Shown here: in pieces, positions 10,145 to 19,990 of the stretch
Layout: each line of letters begins with the position of its first letter
Numbering within the stretch: the first letter of the stretch is position 1
Origin: a virus
DNA: 64,000 nucleotides
Strand: one strand, 5' to 3'
Virus record (IMG/VR): IMGVR_UViG_3300010149_000002
Span: 1 to 64,000 of that record
The notes under the pieces: generated by a model
Database searches by the model: none
Seen by the model: only the letters and a program-made list of their open reading frames with translations
Told to the model about the DNA's origin: nothing
Program-made: the position numbers and the translations under genes

Positions 10145-10429
10145 CTACCAAACTGCGTTTTGAGACTTTTCTCTTTGTTTTTGTGCCATATTGTACATTC
10201 CTACAACAGTTTTGACATCTTCAAGCTCTTTTTTGTGCTTTTCAATCTCTTCTTTGAATAATTTTGAATAATCTGGTGTTTTTCTTGAATCTAGGTACAA
10301 TTTATACCCACATAATGCTGAAAGTGCGATAATAATGATTGAATCTGCGATTTGAGGCTGTTTATAGTGTGATAATCCTAAAAACGATACCAATAATAAG
10401 TACGGTAGTACTTCTTTTAACTTTTCCAT
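10145..10429 (-). CDS. Membrane protein with two TM segments (possible holin)
   Basis: Two hydrophobic stretches followed by a charged tail; RBS before ATG 10429. Confidence 0.45.
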   Translation of the reverse strand: MEKLKEVLPYLLLVSFLGLSHYKQPQIADSIIIIALSALCGYKLYLDSRKTPDYSKLFKEEIEKHKKELEDVKTVVGMYNMAQKQREKSQNAVW

Positions 10430-10462
10430 GTCTTTTCTCCTGTAAAAAATCAAGTCTAGTCC

Positions 10463-10636
10463 TTATTCGGGTGTAGATCTCTTCTTTTTTCTTCCTATTT
10501 TGTTTCTTATCTTTGAAAACTTGCGTTTTTCCTTGTAAGTTGGTTTTTTAAGCTTATCCGCATATATTTCTTTGAACATAGGATCAGCTTTTCCGAATGT
10601 TAATCCGCCATATGGCTTATTTTTATCGTTTTCCAT
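10463..10636 (-). CDS. Small basic hypothetical protein, 57 aa
   Basis: Not in the track. MENDKNKPYGG...KRKFSKIRNKIGRKKKRSTPE; fills the operon gap. Confidence 0.55.
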   Translation of the reverse strand: MENDKNKPYGGLTFGKADPMFKEIYADKLKKPTYKEKRKFSKIRNKIGRKKKRSTPE

Positions 10637-11213
10637 ATTTTTTCATAAGCATTTCGCCTCTTTGAAGCTTTTCTTGCTTTAATCTCTCCATCATATCGTC
10701 TAATGCTTGTTTTCTCATCTGACTTTCCATCTCAGGTCTTGATTCTGCCATCATAGCTTCCATTGCAGCCTTTCTTTCCTCTGGAGATGCGTCTGGATTC
10801 TCTATAATACTATCAGGATCACCTGCTTCTTCTGGAAATGCTAACTCTCCTGCTAATCCTAGTGCTGCTCCTCCACCTAACTTACCTAATTTTCCTAGCT
10901 TACTTGCCATTTTAGGCATCTTCATACCTAATCTAGCTGTTTCATCTGCTATTGACTGAGGCTTTATACCTTCAGGAGCTTTCATTTTATCTGAATACTT
11001 CTTTAGGAAGTCCCTTGCGGCATCTGCTTCAGACTTATTAGCTGATTTTGCTGCAATTCTCTTTTCAATATCCCTAGCAAGTCTATCAGACTCGTCCAAC
11101 TTAGTTAAATTCTTTTGCATTTGCTCTGGTTGAATTAGATCAGTCATATCTGGATCAGTAGCTGCCATCAATGCTTTTCTATAGTTATACAAGGAATCGT
11201 CTTTTCCTGCCAT
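10623..11213 (-). CDS. Hypothetical late (possibly internal head) protein
   Basis: 196 aa; first gene after late motif copy 4. Confidence 0.6.
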   Translation of the reverse strand: MAGKDDSLYNYRKALMAATDPDMTDLIQPEQMQKNLTKLDESDRLARDIEKRIAAKSANKSEADAARDFLKKYSDKMKAPEGIKPQSIADETARLGMKMPKMASKLGKLGKLGGGAALGLAGELAFPEEAGDPDSIIENPDASPEERKAAMEAMMAESRPEMESQMRKQALDDMMERLKQEKLQRGEMLMKKYGKR

Positions 11214-11239
11214 TATATCTCCTAAATTAATACTTCAGT

Positions 11240-11255
11240 TACTATAGTTGTTAAA
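11240..11255 (-). promoter_or_regulatory. Late promoter motif (copy 4)
   Basis: Exact 16-mer at the strand switch. Confidence 0.8.
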
Positions 11256-11265
11256 AATTAAACAT

Positions 11266-11294
11266 TTGACATATATAATAGTATTTAGTATTAT
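11266..11294 (+). promoter_or_regulatory. Sigma-70-type promoter, divergent from the late promoter
   Basis: TTGACA-17-TATTAT upstream of an AGGAGG RBS. Confidence 0.7.
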
Positions 11295-11310
11295 TAATTA
11301 GGAGGTGTTT

Positions 11311-14258
11311 ATGCCAATTGGACATGTGAATACAGATTATATACTATTTCTTATAAATGATGAAGATGAAGCTGCTATTAAAGAGAAAGTAGAGGAGATT
11401 GCATTTGCTATAAAAATGGAATATAGGATGATACAAGATCTTGGGGAGGACATGTGGGAATTTTAATAGGATACTTATTAGGTTTTGCTTTTGCATGTAC
11501 TTATAGGTTTAATAAAATGGAAGGTGTAAGTAGTACGAAGATAATACTATCTAGTTTATTCTATCCTTTAGAATATATTATAGCTTTGTTTAATTTAGTA
11601 ACAGTTTTCTTTGGAGTCTACCTTGAGTTCCAAATTATGATTTTATTATCGGATAAAGAAAAAGAAAACATGACAGATAACGCACTACAGGCATTGCGTG
11701 ACAGACTTAACGAATTAGATGAAACAGAGGACGAAGATGAAGAAAAGTGACAGATGGTTAAAAGAATTGATGTCTATAGCACATATTCAAGGACTTACAT
11801 GGGCTGATGGTACTAATGCCAGAGAACAAGCCTTAAAGCAATGGGTAGATGATTGGATTGTAGAGTATAACTTTAATCAAGATATTATAAAAAAAGGATT
11901 GGATGCAGAGGAGATGAGATTTATTCAACATCACTGTGCAACTCAAGTAGGTGAGATGCTCATGGAAGAGTCCTCCTACTATAATCTTAGTAAGGATAAT
12001 GTATCAGTTAATGTCTTTACTTTAAGAAAAGGATAATAGATAGCCCTTTCGTTTTTCGTTTCACGAAAATACGAGGCTCCGACAAAGGTGTAATAATATG
12101 AAAACTTGGAAGGATTTTGAATTAGAAGTTGAAAAACTAGAACCACTTGACCCATTTCCACCAATGTACTATGTATGTTCTCATGGTGCAAGTGTTCGGT
12201 ATCCTGTATTGGTAAGTAAAGAAAATGCAGATTGGCTAAAGTCAGAGGGAGCAAAGGTTTACACAAGGGAAGAGTATCTAAACTTGAGGAAAAGATTATG
12301 AAAGAACAAGATTTAAAACTTTACATGAACAAAATAATGGAGTGTACCGTAGTAAAAACAACATTTTACACAGCTATAGGACAGTTTGAATTTACTGGAT
12401 CGCCAAAGGATTCTATGGTTAAGATGTCCGAATATATGATGTTATACGGTGATGTGATGTTCGATATTGAAAATATAAAGGTAAAAGAAATTGAAACTAC
12501 TAATAGTAATTCTGACAATAAGCACTAGATTACTCGCATTTGAGCCTTGTACTGCAGATTTTACTTTACTTACTATAAAAGGTCGTATAGAGTTAGGTAT
12601 AGCGTGTTCAACAGTATGGAAGCGTTATATAGTAATTTACCAAGAAGATAGACAGGAGATTTGGAAAAGATGGCTGATTTCAAACCAAAAGACGAAAAGT
12701 GTCCAGTATGCGATACCAAATGGACAAAGACAAACTTTGGAGCAAAAACATGGTACGACTGTAAACCATGTGGAAAGACTGCTGAAGACATTGTGGTTGT
12801 CAAATCCAAGGGTAAATCTGGTGGAACAAAAGAATACAAACTAGATAGCCTAGATGATTGGGAATCATTTATTGACATAATGAATATGGATGATGACTAT
12901 GATGGGTTATTCCAAATGGAGTATTTTGCTGATATAGAACCTAGAAAGGGACATAGTAGTTACATATCTCCAAATAAGAGATATAAAGTTAAGTACATGA
13001 CTAAGGCAGAGAAGTTTGAAATATGTAATGAATTAATGAGACAAGGTGTAATAGAAACTAATGAAGAGTTTTGGGATTTCCTACAAGGGGTGTAATATGA
13101 AAGAAAGAACTAAAGTAAAATTTGAAGACACAGACATAGCAACTGGTAATAGAAACGTCATTCATGGTACTATAGAGGCATTTAATGGCGACTATGTGTT
13201 TGTTGTAGGTTCTGATAACAAGTTCTATAAAGTATTTTATAATGAGCTAACTTATGTGGGGAGAGTATAATATGTTTAATGTAGGTGATAAAGTTTATTT
13301 TACTGATCCAGAAGATGGCAACATTCCTGCAGGATCGATTGGCATTATACAATCTCCAGAGAGCTATGATTGTTTCAATGTTAAGTTTGATAATATCAGA
13401 CACAGAAACCCATATGTCGATAGTGAAACTTGGCTATGTTGTGGGACTAATTTAGAATTAGTCCCAAAAGACCCTCAGAAGCCTTCAGACGATCTAACCC
13501 TTACCATACCATTAGTTGAGGGTGCAGATTACCTTAGAGGGCGATTTACGGACTCTAGAGGGGATGTTTATAGTGTACATGTAGAGAAGATTCAGTGTTT
13601 AGCCCAAAAAGAAGTGTAATATGAATACAACAATCAGTAATTTATATAAAGATATTAAAAATACATTAGTTATGCCACATAAGCTATATCGACACCTATA
13701 TGTTGAGTTTGAAAAGGACATATTAACTTGGACAGACCATAGTAAAGGGTATATATGTAATAAAAGGTCACTACATGGTATGGATTTAGAATCCAGTGCT
13801 TGGTGTGAAGAAAATTATGCGTATTATTGGGACAAACAAGGTAATGTACATAGTTTGATTATAGATTGGGACAAAGGAGTATTTAATGTTCCATCCGTTT
13901 GAGGATAAAGAAGAAGTAGAGAAGATTAAAAAAGAAAGGGATGATCTATTGCGACAATTAGAATCCTATGATATGGTAGATAGTGAGAAACGATTTCTAA
14001 TCAGAAGAATAGAGGTTATAACAGAGAAGCTTTTAGAAAAAGCTAAGTACTCTAAGAAGGAGTAATATGTTAGAAGTACTTAGAATAATTATATTAACAT
14101 GTCAGATATCTGGAAACAATCCATTTATTGTTAATAAAGAACAAAAAAAATGCCAAAGAGAGCTAATTGAATGTGTAGACAGTGTAAAAGTTAGTTCCGA
14201 CAAAGGGGGCAGTTGGGGATCTGAAAGACTAATAGAATGTATAAAGGATAGACAATGA
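11311..14258 (+). CDS. Operon of about 12 small hypothetical proteins (including ORFs 11311-11466 and 13886-14065, absent from the track)
   Basis: Tightly packed + ORFs with RBSs; ORF 12661-13095 has CxxC..CxxC. Confidence 0.55.
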
Positions 14259-14569
14259 AAAAACTAATTAGAGACAAAATACCAGAGTTTATAGAAGATA
14301 AGTCCAGATTAAGCCAAGAGAGCGATCCTAAGCTTATCACACAGTATATTGCTGCCAAGGTATTAGAAGAAGCACAGGAGCTTTCTGAGGCTATTTTAAG
14401 TGGCAATAAAGAGCATATTACAGAAGAGGCAGCGGATCTATATGAAGTATTGTATAAGGTATTGTCATATGTTGATAAGAGGTTTTATACTGTAGCAAGT
14501 ACCATGTTGGATAAAAGAAAGCTAAAAGGCGGATTTGATGATAACTGGATATTGGAAATAGATGATTAA
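14255..14569 (+). CDS. MazG-like / PRA-PH nucleotide pyrophosphohydrolase
   Basis: KLIRDKIP...KVLEEAQE...EEAADLYEV...KRKLKGGF signature. Confidence 0.8.
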   Translation: MKKLIRDKIPEFIEDKSRLSQESDPKLITQYIAAKVLEEAQELSEAILSGNKEHITEEAADLYEVLYKVLSYVDKRFYTVASTMLDKRKLKGGFDDNWILEIDD

Positions 14570-14697
14570 AGATAGAATTAAGAATTTACCCTATAAAAAA
14601 GAAAATAACATTACCAAATTATTAAGTATTTTTGTTACTATATGTTGGTTAATTTTTTATTTGTTTATAATATATAGTGTAATAAAATAGGAGAGTT

Positions 14698-14928
14698 ATG
14701 TATAAAATTTCTACAAAAGATATTGCAAAGGCAGTATTTAACTTAGGAAGAAGAAGCCCTACTAGTAAATATTTAGATATAGCTATAGAAATTTCGACAC
14801 TTGCAGAGCATTTTAAAGAAGAACCACCTAAAGGACTGTTCCCAATGTCATACCACACATTAGATTATGAAAAAGAATTAAAATACCACAATAGACTAAA
14901 AGAGTTAGTTGATAGATATAAAGTGTAA
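14698..14928 (+). CDS. Hypothetical protein
   Basis: 76 aa with AGGAG RBS. Confidence 0.55.
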   Translation: MYKISTKDIAKAVFNLGRRSPTSKYLDIAIEISTLAEHFKEEPPKGLFPMSYHTLDYEKELKYHNRLKELVDRYKV

Positions 14929-15005
14929 TAAAATAATATTGTAGACACGCACTCTCACACCCTAGTGGACACATCACACACACTCAGAAACCCTCACCCC
15001 TCCCC

Positions 15006-15061
15006 TGCAAGAACCATGCCAAAAACTTGGCATCATAATTGCATAGCAAGATACATGCCAA
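15006..15061. promoter_or_regulatory. Three abutting sigma-54 (-24/-12) boxes in alternating orientation
   Basis: Minus TTGGCATGGTTCTTGCA (15006-15022), plus TTGGCATCATAATTGCA (15027-15043), minus TTGGCATGTATCTTGCT (15045-15061); all GG-N10-GC. Confidence 0.75.
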
Positions 15062-15106
15062 CTCTCCTTAAGAAAACTTTAGCTGACAAACATATATTGT
15101 TTACAA

Positions 15107-15510
15107 AGAATATACGCACATGCCTACTATGTTGGGCAATGGACAACATCGGACTAAACATATTCTATTGAACTGCCACATATAGTTGGCTTACAGAATA
15201 CCCTCTAGAATCCATTTAAAAGAATTATATGATACCAAGGTAGGGTAAAATCTAAATGGATTGTAGGGCTATTTATGGGACGATAAGACATTGTCAAGAA
15301 CTTTATTAAAATGCGAGTAAAGTAAATGCGAGTTGACATTCAGGTTTTATGTCTTGTCAAGGGAATAATGCAATGTGAGTAATGAATCTAAATTGCTCGT
15401 ATTGATAAATGCGAGTTGTTGCTCACATTATAATTTGCTATATTGAATGTATAACATAACGCAACACGTTATTAACTACTAAAGGAGATTTATTTATGAA
15501 AAAATCATTT
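15107..15510 (+). repeat. Diverged duplicated regulatory module, copy 1
   Basis: Shares ordered sequence blocks with 16408-16765 (see findings). Confidence 0.75.
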
Positions 15511-15666
15511 AGCGACTCGAGAATTAAAGAAGCTCAAAGACTACTAGAAAACGCTTTAAATGCTCAAAATGAGCAGGAAATTAAAGAAGAGCTTAATGAG
15601 GTTAGACTCAAGGTTAGTACTCTTTTGGCTCAATTAGGACATGACTTTAACAAGGTAGGTGCATAA
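15496..15666 (+). CDS. Small early protein, 56 aa
   Basis: Not in the track. AAGGAG RBS; MKKSFSDSRIKEAQRLLENAL... Confidence 0.65.
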   Translation: MKKSFSDSRIKEAQRLLENALNAQNEQEIKEELNEVRLKVSTLLAQLGHDFNKVGA

Positions 15667-15667
15667 T

Positions 15668-15835
15668 ATGGGACAAACAACCAATAAATTATTAGAGTTA
15701 TTAGATGAGGGTATTTTAAATAAAGATACTGTAATTATGGCTTGCTTAAAGTATATGAGTGAGGATGATGTTAACGATATGGCATTGTTAAATGAATTTA
15801 TTGAAGATACTAATGAATATCCTGAGAATTTATAG
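15668..15835 (+). CDS. Small acidic early protein, 55 aa
   Basis: Not in the track. MGQTTNKLLELLDEG...ACLKYMSEDDV; resembles a recurring small phage protein type. Confidence 0.6.
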   Translation: MGQTTNKLLELLDEGILNKDTVIMACLKYMSEDDVNDMALLNEFIEDTNEYPENL

Positions 15836-15939
15836 GGGGGGGTAATGAAAAGCTTAGATTATATAATAATATTTTTACAGATAATTGCTATAATAATCGG
15901 TATCACTATAATAATTAATCATTTTATAATTGTATAATA

Positions 15940-16343
15940 CATAAACACATAAACGGAATTTATTTAGTTCAATATCCTACCTTATAAAGTGCCATTTTCT
16001 TGTGGCGATCTATTAGTACACTTCATTACACTGAGCATGGATGCTTAAAGTGCCTTATATTTTGGGCATTAAAAGACTTACTAGTAGCCGAAAAATTCTA
16101 CTAATTTGGTCATTTAATACCTAAACACTTATTGTTTACTTTCATGTTTGGCTTTAGCTATCGAGCTATTTATATAGTCATTTTATTTAGAGATTGCATA
16201 CTAAATAAAACTTATTGAGGCGTTCGGCAAGGTACTTAATCTCTCGACACCTTGTGATATACTAAACAGATTTTGTTTAGTGAGGCTATCCTAGTCGGCT
16301 CTCTCATGCAATTCTTATGCCATTTTTTAACCGTCCTCAATAT
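15940..16343 (+). ncRNA. Putative structured non-coding RNA, about 400 nt
   Basis: No substantial ORF; about 10 hairpins plus a long-range TATTGAGG/CCTCAATA stem; G-U pairs favour the + strand. Confidence 0.45.
16307..16322 (-). promoter_or_regulatory. Sigma-54 box
   Basis: Minus strand TGGCATAAGAATTGCA. Confidence 0.65.
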
Positions 16344-16359
16344 TACTATAGTTGTTAAA
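16344..16359 (-). promoter_or_regulatory. Late promoter motif (copy 5), with no downstream ORF
   Basis: Exact 16-mer inside the non-coding region. Confidence 0.75.
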
Positions 16360-16407
16360 TAATCTTTATTTGTCAAGTTATTTATTAAACCATATAAATT
16401 TTATCAC

Positions 16408-16765
16408 AGAATATACGAATATGCCAACTATTTTTGTAAGGCTAATTTGTTCTCTAAGAGCTTTAAAAGTTTTTTGAATACTAGGTTAAGGATAAAATCT
16501 AAATGGATTCTAGCCTATATTGTGTGCCTTATAGGGCTATATAGTAAGATTGTTTAGAGTGTTTTTAGTCCGATAAAATCAAATGTGAGTTGACATTCAG
16601 TTTATACATAGTGTCAAGAAAAAAATGAAATGTGAGCTTTATATATCATTTTGCTCGCATTCTCTAAAAGTGAGTAAATATATATTGAATAATCATATTT
16701 AATTTGCTATAATGAATATAGAGATTAACGCAATAAATAAAGGAATTACATGAAAACATCATTTT
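16408..16765 (+). repeat. Diverged duplicated regulatory module, copy 2, ending in an extended -10 promoter (TGCTATAAT)
   Basis: Block-wise similarity to 15107-15510. Confidence 0.75.
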
Positions 16766-17304
16766 TAAAAGAAAGCGAAGTAAGTCAAATTTTAAATGCA
16801 AACGATAGAAAGTGTGACTATAATGTACATAGTGGTGGGCGTGTGATAGTTAATCATGAAGCAGGTGCATACAATAGTGGAACTATCAGAAAAGTGAAAG
16901 GACTTGACAATATCTATATTGCTTCATGCTCACTTGATTTTGGTGGTCAGCAATGGGTTGAAGTTTACGATAAAAGAGACTTAAATGTAATAGCTTATTT
17001 AAAGTCTGTAAGGACTTTAACAGAATTAAAAAACAGTGAAAAAGCCCAAGAGGAGTTAAAAAATATTAACGATAATTTAATTTGCTTAGAAAATAAAGGA
17101 GTAGTATAAATGACACCTAATGAAAAAATGAATTTAAGGCATGAAGTTTGGTTTTCACTATCTACAAACCAAAGAAGAAAGTTAACTTCAAATGGAATTT
17201 ATGCAAATAATTTATATGATTGTCCAGTGTGGTTAATTGTAAAAGTTACACGTTCTAAAAAAATAATGGATAAGATGCGTAAAATATGGAAATGGTGGAC
17301 TTAA
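16750..17304 (+). CDS. Two hypothetical early proteins (16750-17109, 17110-17304)
   Basis: ORF track; RBSs present. Confidence 0.6.
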
Positions 17305-17316
17305 GGCGGTGGCATA

Positions 17317-17838
17317 ATGAAATTACAGATTGATAATACATTTAACTTTGAACAAAGAAAAGTTATTGATAAATATTTTGAAATTGCAAAGGAAAAATTT
17401 AATATTCAAGACAAAATAATTTCTATTGAGATTAAAAATAGTGGTCGATTAAAAACAAGTGCAGGAAATGCAACAATTTATAGAATAAAGAATTGTGGGA
17501 TTATTAAAATGAATAAAAGACTGTTTAATAGTACAGTAGGAATAAAAGAATTTGAAAACACATTTTCGCATGAGCTTGCCCATGTTATAGCTAATATAAT
17601 TCATAATTGTAATTGTGGACATGATGCAAGATGGAAAAGGACTCATATAGCCCTTGGCGGTAATGCAAAAAGGACTCATAACTATGATGTGAGTCATTTA
17701 AGACCTACTAAAAATCGTTTTGACTATAAGTGTAATTGTCAAATTTTTAAATTAAGTGCAGTAAGGCACAATAAAATGCAAAATGGTAAAGCAAAGTATT
17801 ACTGTAAAAAATGTAAAGAGTATCTAAAAAGAGTGTAA
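17317..17838 (+). CDS. SprT-like zinc metalloprotease
   Basis: 'LKTSAG.A', HELAH, 'GHDARWK', C-terminal CxC...CxxC. Confidence 0.85.
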   Translation: MKLQIDNTFNFEQRKVIDKYFEIAKEKFNIQDKIISIEIKNSGRLKTSAGNATIYRIKNCGIIKMNKRLFNSTVGIKEFENTFSHELAHVIANIIHNCNCGHDARWKRTHIALGGNAKRTHNYDVSHLRPTKNRFDYKCNCQIFKLSAVRHNKMQNGKAKYYCKKCKEYLKRV

Positions 17839-17882
17839 TTTTTACATAGTATATTGATGCAATGAATAAAAACTGATATAAT
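17834..17882 (+). promoter_or_regulatory. Early promoter with upstream TGTAA-N3-TTACA box
   Basis: TGTAATTTTTACATAGT, then TTGATG-17-TATAAT with TG extension. Confidence 0.75.
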
Positions 17883-17915
17883 AATTATAGAGAATAACAC
17901 AAAGGAGATAAAAAA

Positions 17916-19202
17916 ATGAATAATTACAAAGAAAACGGATTCAAAGATAGAAACGATTATTTAGACTTTTTAGCAGATGATTATGGTGTAAGTGCTTATC
18001 AAGTTCATGTGATTGCTCAAATGCTAGGGGAGTCAGAAGATTTTGACGGATTAATAACAAGTATTCAAGACTTAAGCGAAGGATTATAATGGAAAATTTA
18101 AGATACATTAAAACTAAAGAGAATTTTAAAAAAGATCAGATTGTTCAATTAACTGAACCTGATAAAGATAATCAAATTGTTAGACGTTATAGAGTTATTA
18201 TGTCAAGTGATTTATTTACAGATGAGAGTGATTTATATTATACAATTTTAGAAGAGATAAAAGGAAAGGTGCAATAATGAATAAAGAGCAATTAAAAATG
18301 ATGATAAAAAGCGTTAGGACTGATTTAGAGCTATTCAAGTCAAGCGGACAAGTCTATCTACTAGAAAGGATTGAAAGCAATATAAGAGCTTTAAAAGACT
18401 GGAGAAATAACCTAGCATTAAAAGGTAATGAAACAATAAAAGAGCGTATGTTATGGGCGATTTAATGCCAATTTTTGTGGGCATCTTTATGTGGTGGGTT
18501 ATTATGTCAATTGTAGAAGGTGATAAAAAAGGTAGGTAATTTTTACATAGTTCATTGACGCAATACAGATAATTTGATATAATATTTATAAGGAAAGTTA
18601 CTCGGACTCATGGAAGAGTCATTTTAAAGGAGATTAAAAAATGAATACAGAATTAAATAAAAATCAATTTACTAATAAAGTCGATAAAAGATTGAATGAA
18701 ATAATGGACGGTGTAAATTTTAGCACGTTATTAGATGAGGCGTGGGATTATGTTTGCGAAGTTCATAATGTATATGATGGGCAATTTAGTGAGTCTGATG
18801 AGCATGAAATTGAAAGGGAGCTGCATAAAAGGCATGGTTTTGATATGAGTTGGTATGATAAATTCAATCCAAGTCCACAGAAAAAAGCTGAAATTGCACA
18901 AAGAAAAATGAGTCAACTAGAAAAGTTTAGGCTTGAACAAGATCAAATAATGGATATGTATAAGGGTGGTGATTTTGATGAATAAATATGAGCAAATAAA
19001 ATTAGTTGAGGAGTCAGATTTTGTACTAAATGATATTTATTTAGGTTATTCAGAGTTTTGGGACAAGGTAAACGAAATTGATTTAGACCCTGAAAAACTT
19101 ACATTGTATGAAAAAGATATAGACATACTATATGATGCTCTAGTAGACTATATAAAGTTTAGAAGTAATTATAAAAATACATTAAAGGAGCTTATAAAAT
19201 GA
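17916..19202 (+). CDS. Cluster of small early proteins (17916-18089 not in the track; 18089-18277; 18277-18465; 18641-18985; about 18978-19202)
   Basis: RBS-led ORFs; the first carries 'Y.ENG..R.DYL..LADDYG...LG..EDFDGL'. Confidence 0.6.
18536..18583 (+). promoter_or_regulatory. Early promoter with upstream box
   Basis: GTAATTTTTACATAGT, then TTGACG-17-TATAAT. Confidence 0.8.
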
Positions 19203-19972
19203 TACAAATTAAAAATAGATTTACAGGTAATGTTATTAGAGAAGTTGAAAGTCTTAGTGAAGCTAATCTTAGGGGAGCTAATCTTAGGGGAGCTGATCTT
19301 AGTGAAGCTGATCTTAGGGGAGCTAATCTTAGGGGAGCTAATCTTAGGGGAGCTAATCTTAGTGAAGCTGATCTTAGTGAAGCTGATCTTAGTGAAGCTA
19401 ATCTTAGGGGAGCTGATCTTAGTGAAGCTAATCTTAGTGAAGCTAATCTTAGGGGAGCTAATCTTAGGGGAGCTGATCTTAGTGAAGCTGATCTTAGGGG
19501 AGCTAATCTTATGGTAGCTAATCTTAGTGAAGCTAATCTTAGTGAAGCTAATCTTAGTGAAGCTGATCTTATGGTAGCTAATCTTAGTGAAGCTAATCTT
19601 AGTGAAGCTAATCTTAGGGGAGCTAATCTTAGGGGAGCTGATCTTAGTGAAGCTGATCTTAGGGGAGCTAATCTTAGGGGAGCTAATCTTAGTGAAGCTG
19701 ATCTTAGTGAAGCTGATCTTAGTGAAGCTAATCTTAGGGGAGCTGATCTCGAAAAATGTAAAGGTATTCTATCATTTACTTGTGAAAAGCATTTAGGAAT
19801 ATATTTTAAATACGATAATGAATATTATTTTAAGATTGGTTGCATGACTAATACTGCTAAATGGTGGTTAGATAACTATAAAATAGTTGGTAAGATTGAA
19901 GAATATAGCGATAATGATATTAAAAAACATGGTATTATTTTAGAAGCTTATAGTAAAATAGAATTAGAATAA
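19199..19972 (+). CDS. Pentapeptide-repeat protein
   Basis: About 33 A(N/D)L(RG/SE/MV) repeats between '[10 protein letters not shown]' and a 'KIGC' C-terminal domain. Confidence 0.92.
   Translation: MIQIKNRFTGNVIREVESLSEANLRGANLRGADLSEADLRGANLRGANLRGANLSEADLSEADLSEANLRGADLSEANLSEANLRGANLRGADLSEADLRGANLMVANLSEANLSEANLSEADLMVANLSEANLSEANLRGANLRGADLSEADLRGANLRGANLSEADLSEADLSEANLRGADLEKCKGILSFTCEKHLGIYFKYDNEYYFKIGCMTNTAKWWLDNYKIVGKIEEYSDNDIKKHGIILEAYSKIELE
19253..19750 (+). repeat. 15-bp coding tandem repeat GCTRATCTTAGKGRA
   Basis: Directly visible; encodes the pentapeptide repeats. Confidence 0.95.
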
Positions 19973-19990
19973 ACTAAAGGAGTTTATAAA

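Noticed and set aside
14965-15171. 68-aa ORF
   Set aside because: No RBS, atypical composition, and it overlaps the sigma-54 box cluster; likely non-coding.
16070-16180. Group I intron core (AGACT...ATATAGTC resembling P7)
   Set aside because: Only 4 bp of P7 form, the flanks mismatch, no P3/P4/P6 elements were identified and no gene is interrupted.
19253-19750. CRISPR array
   Set aside because: Contiguous 15-bp units with no unique spacers; it is an in-frame coding repeat. The alternative-frame ORFs 19230 and 19587 are by-products.
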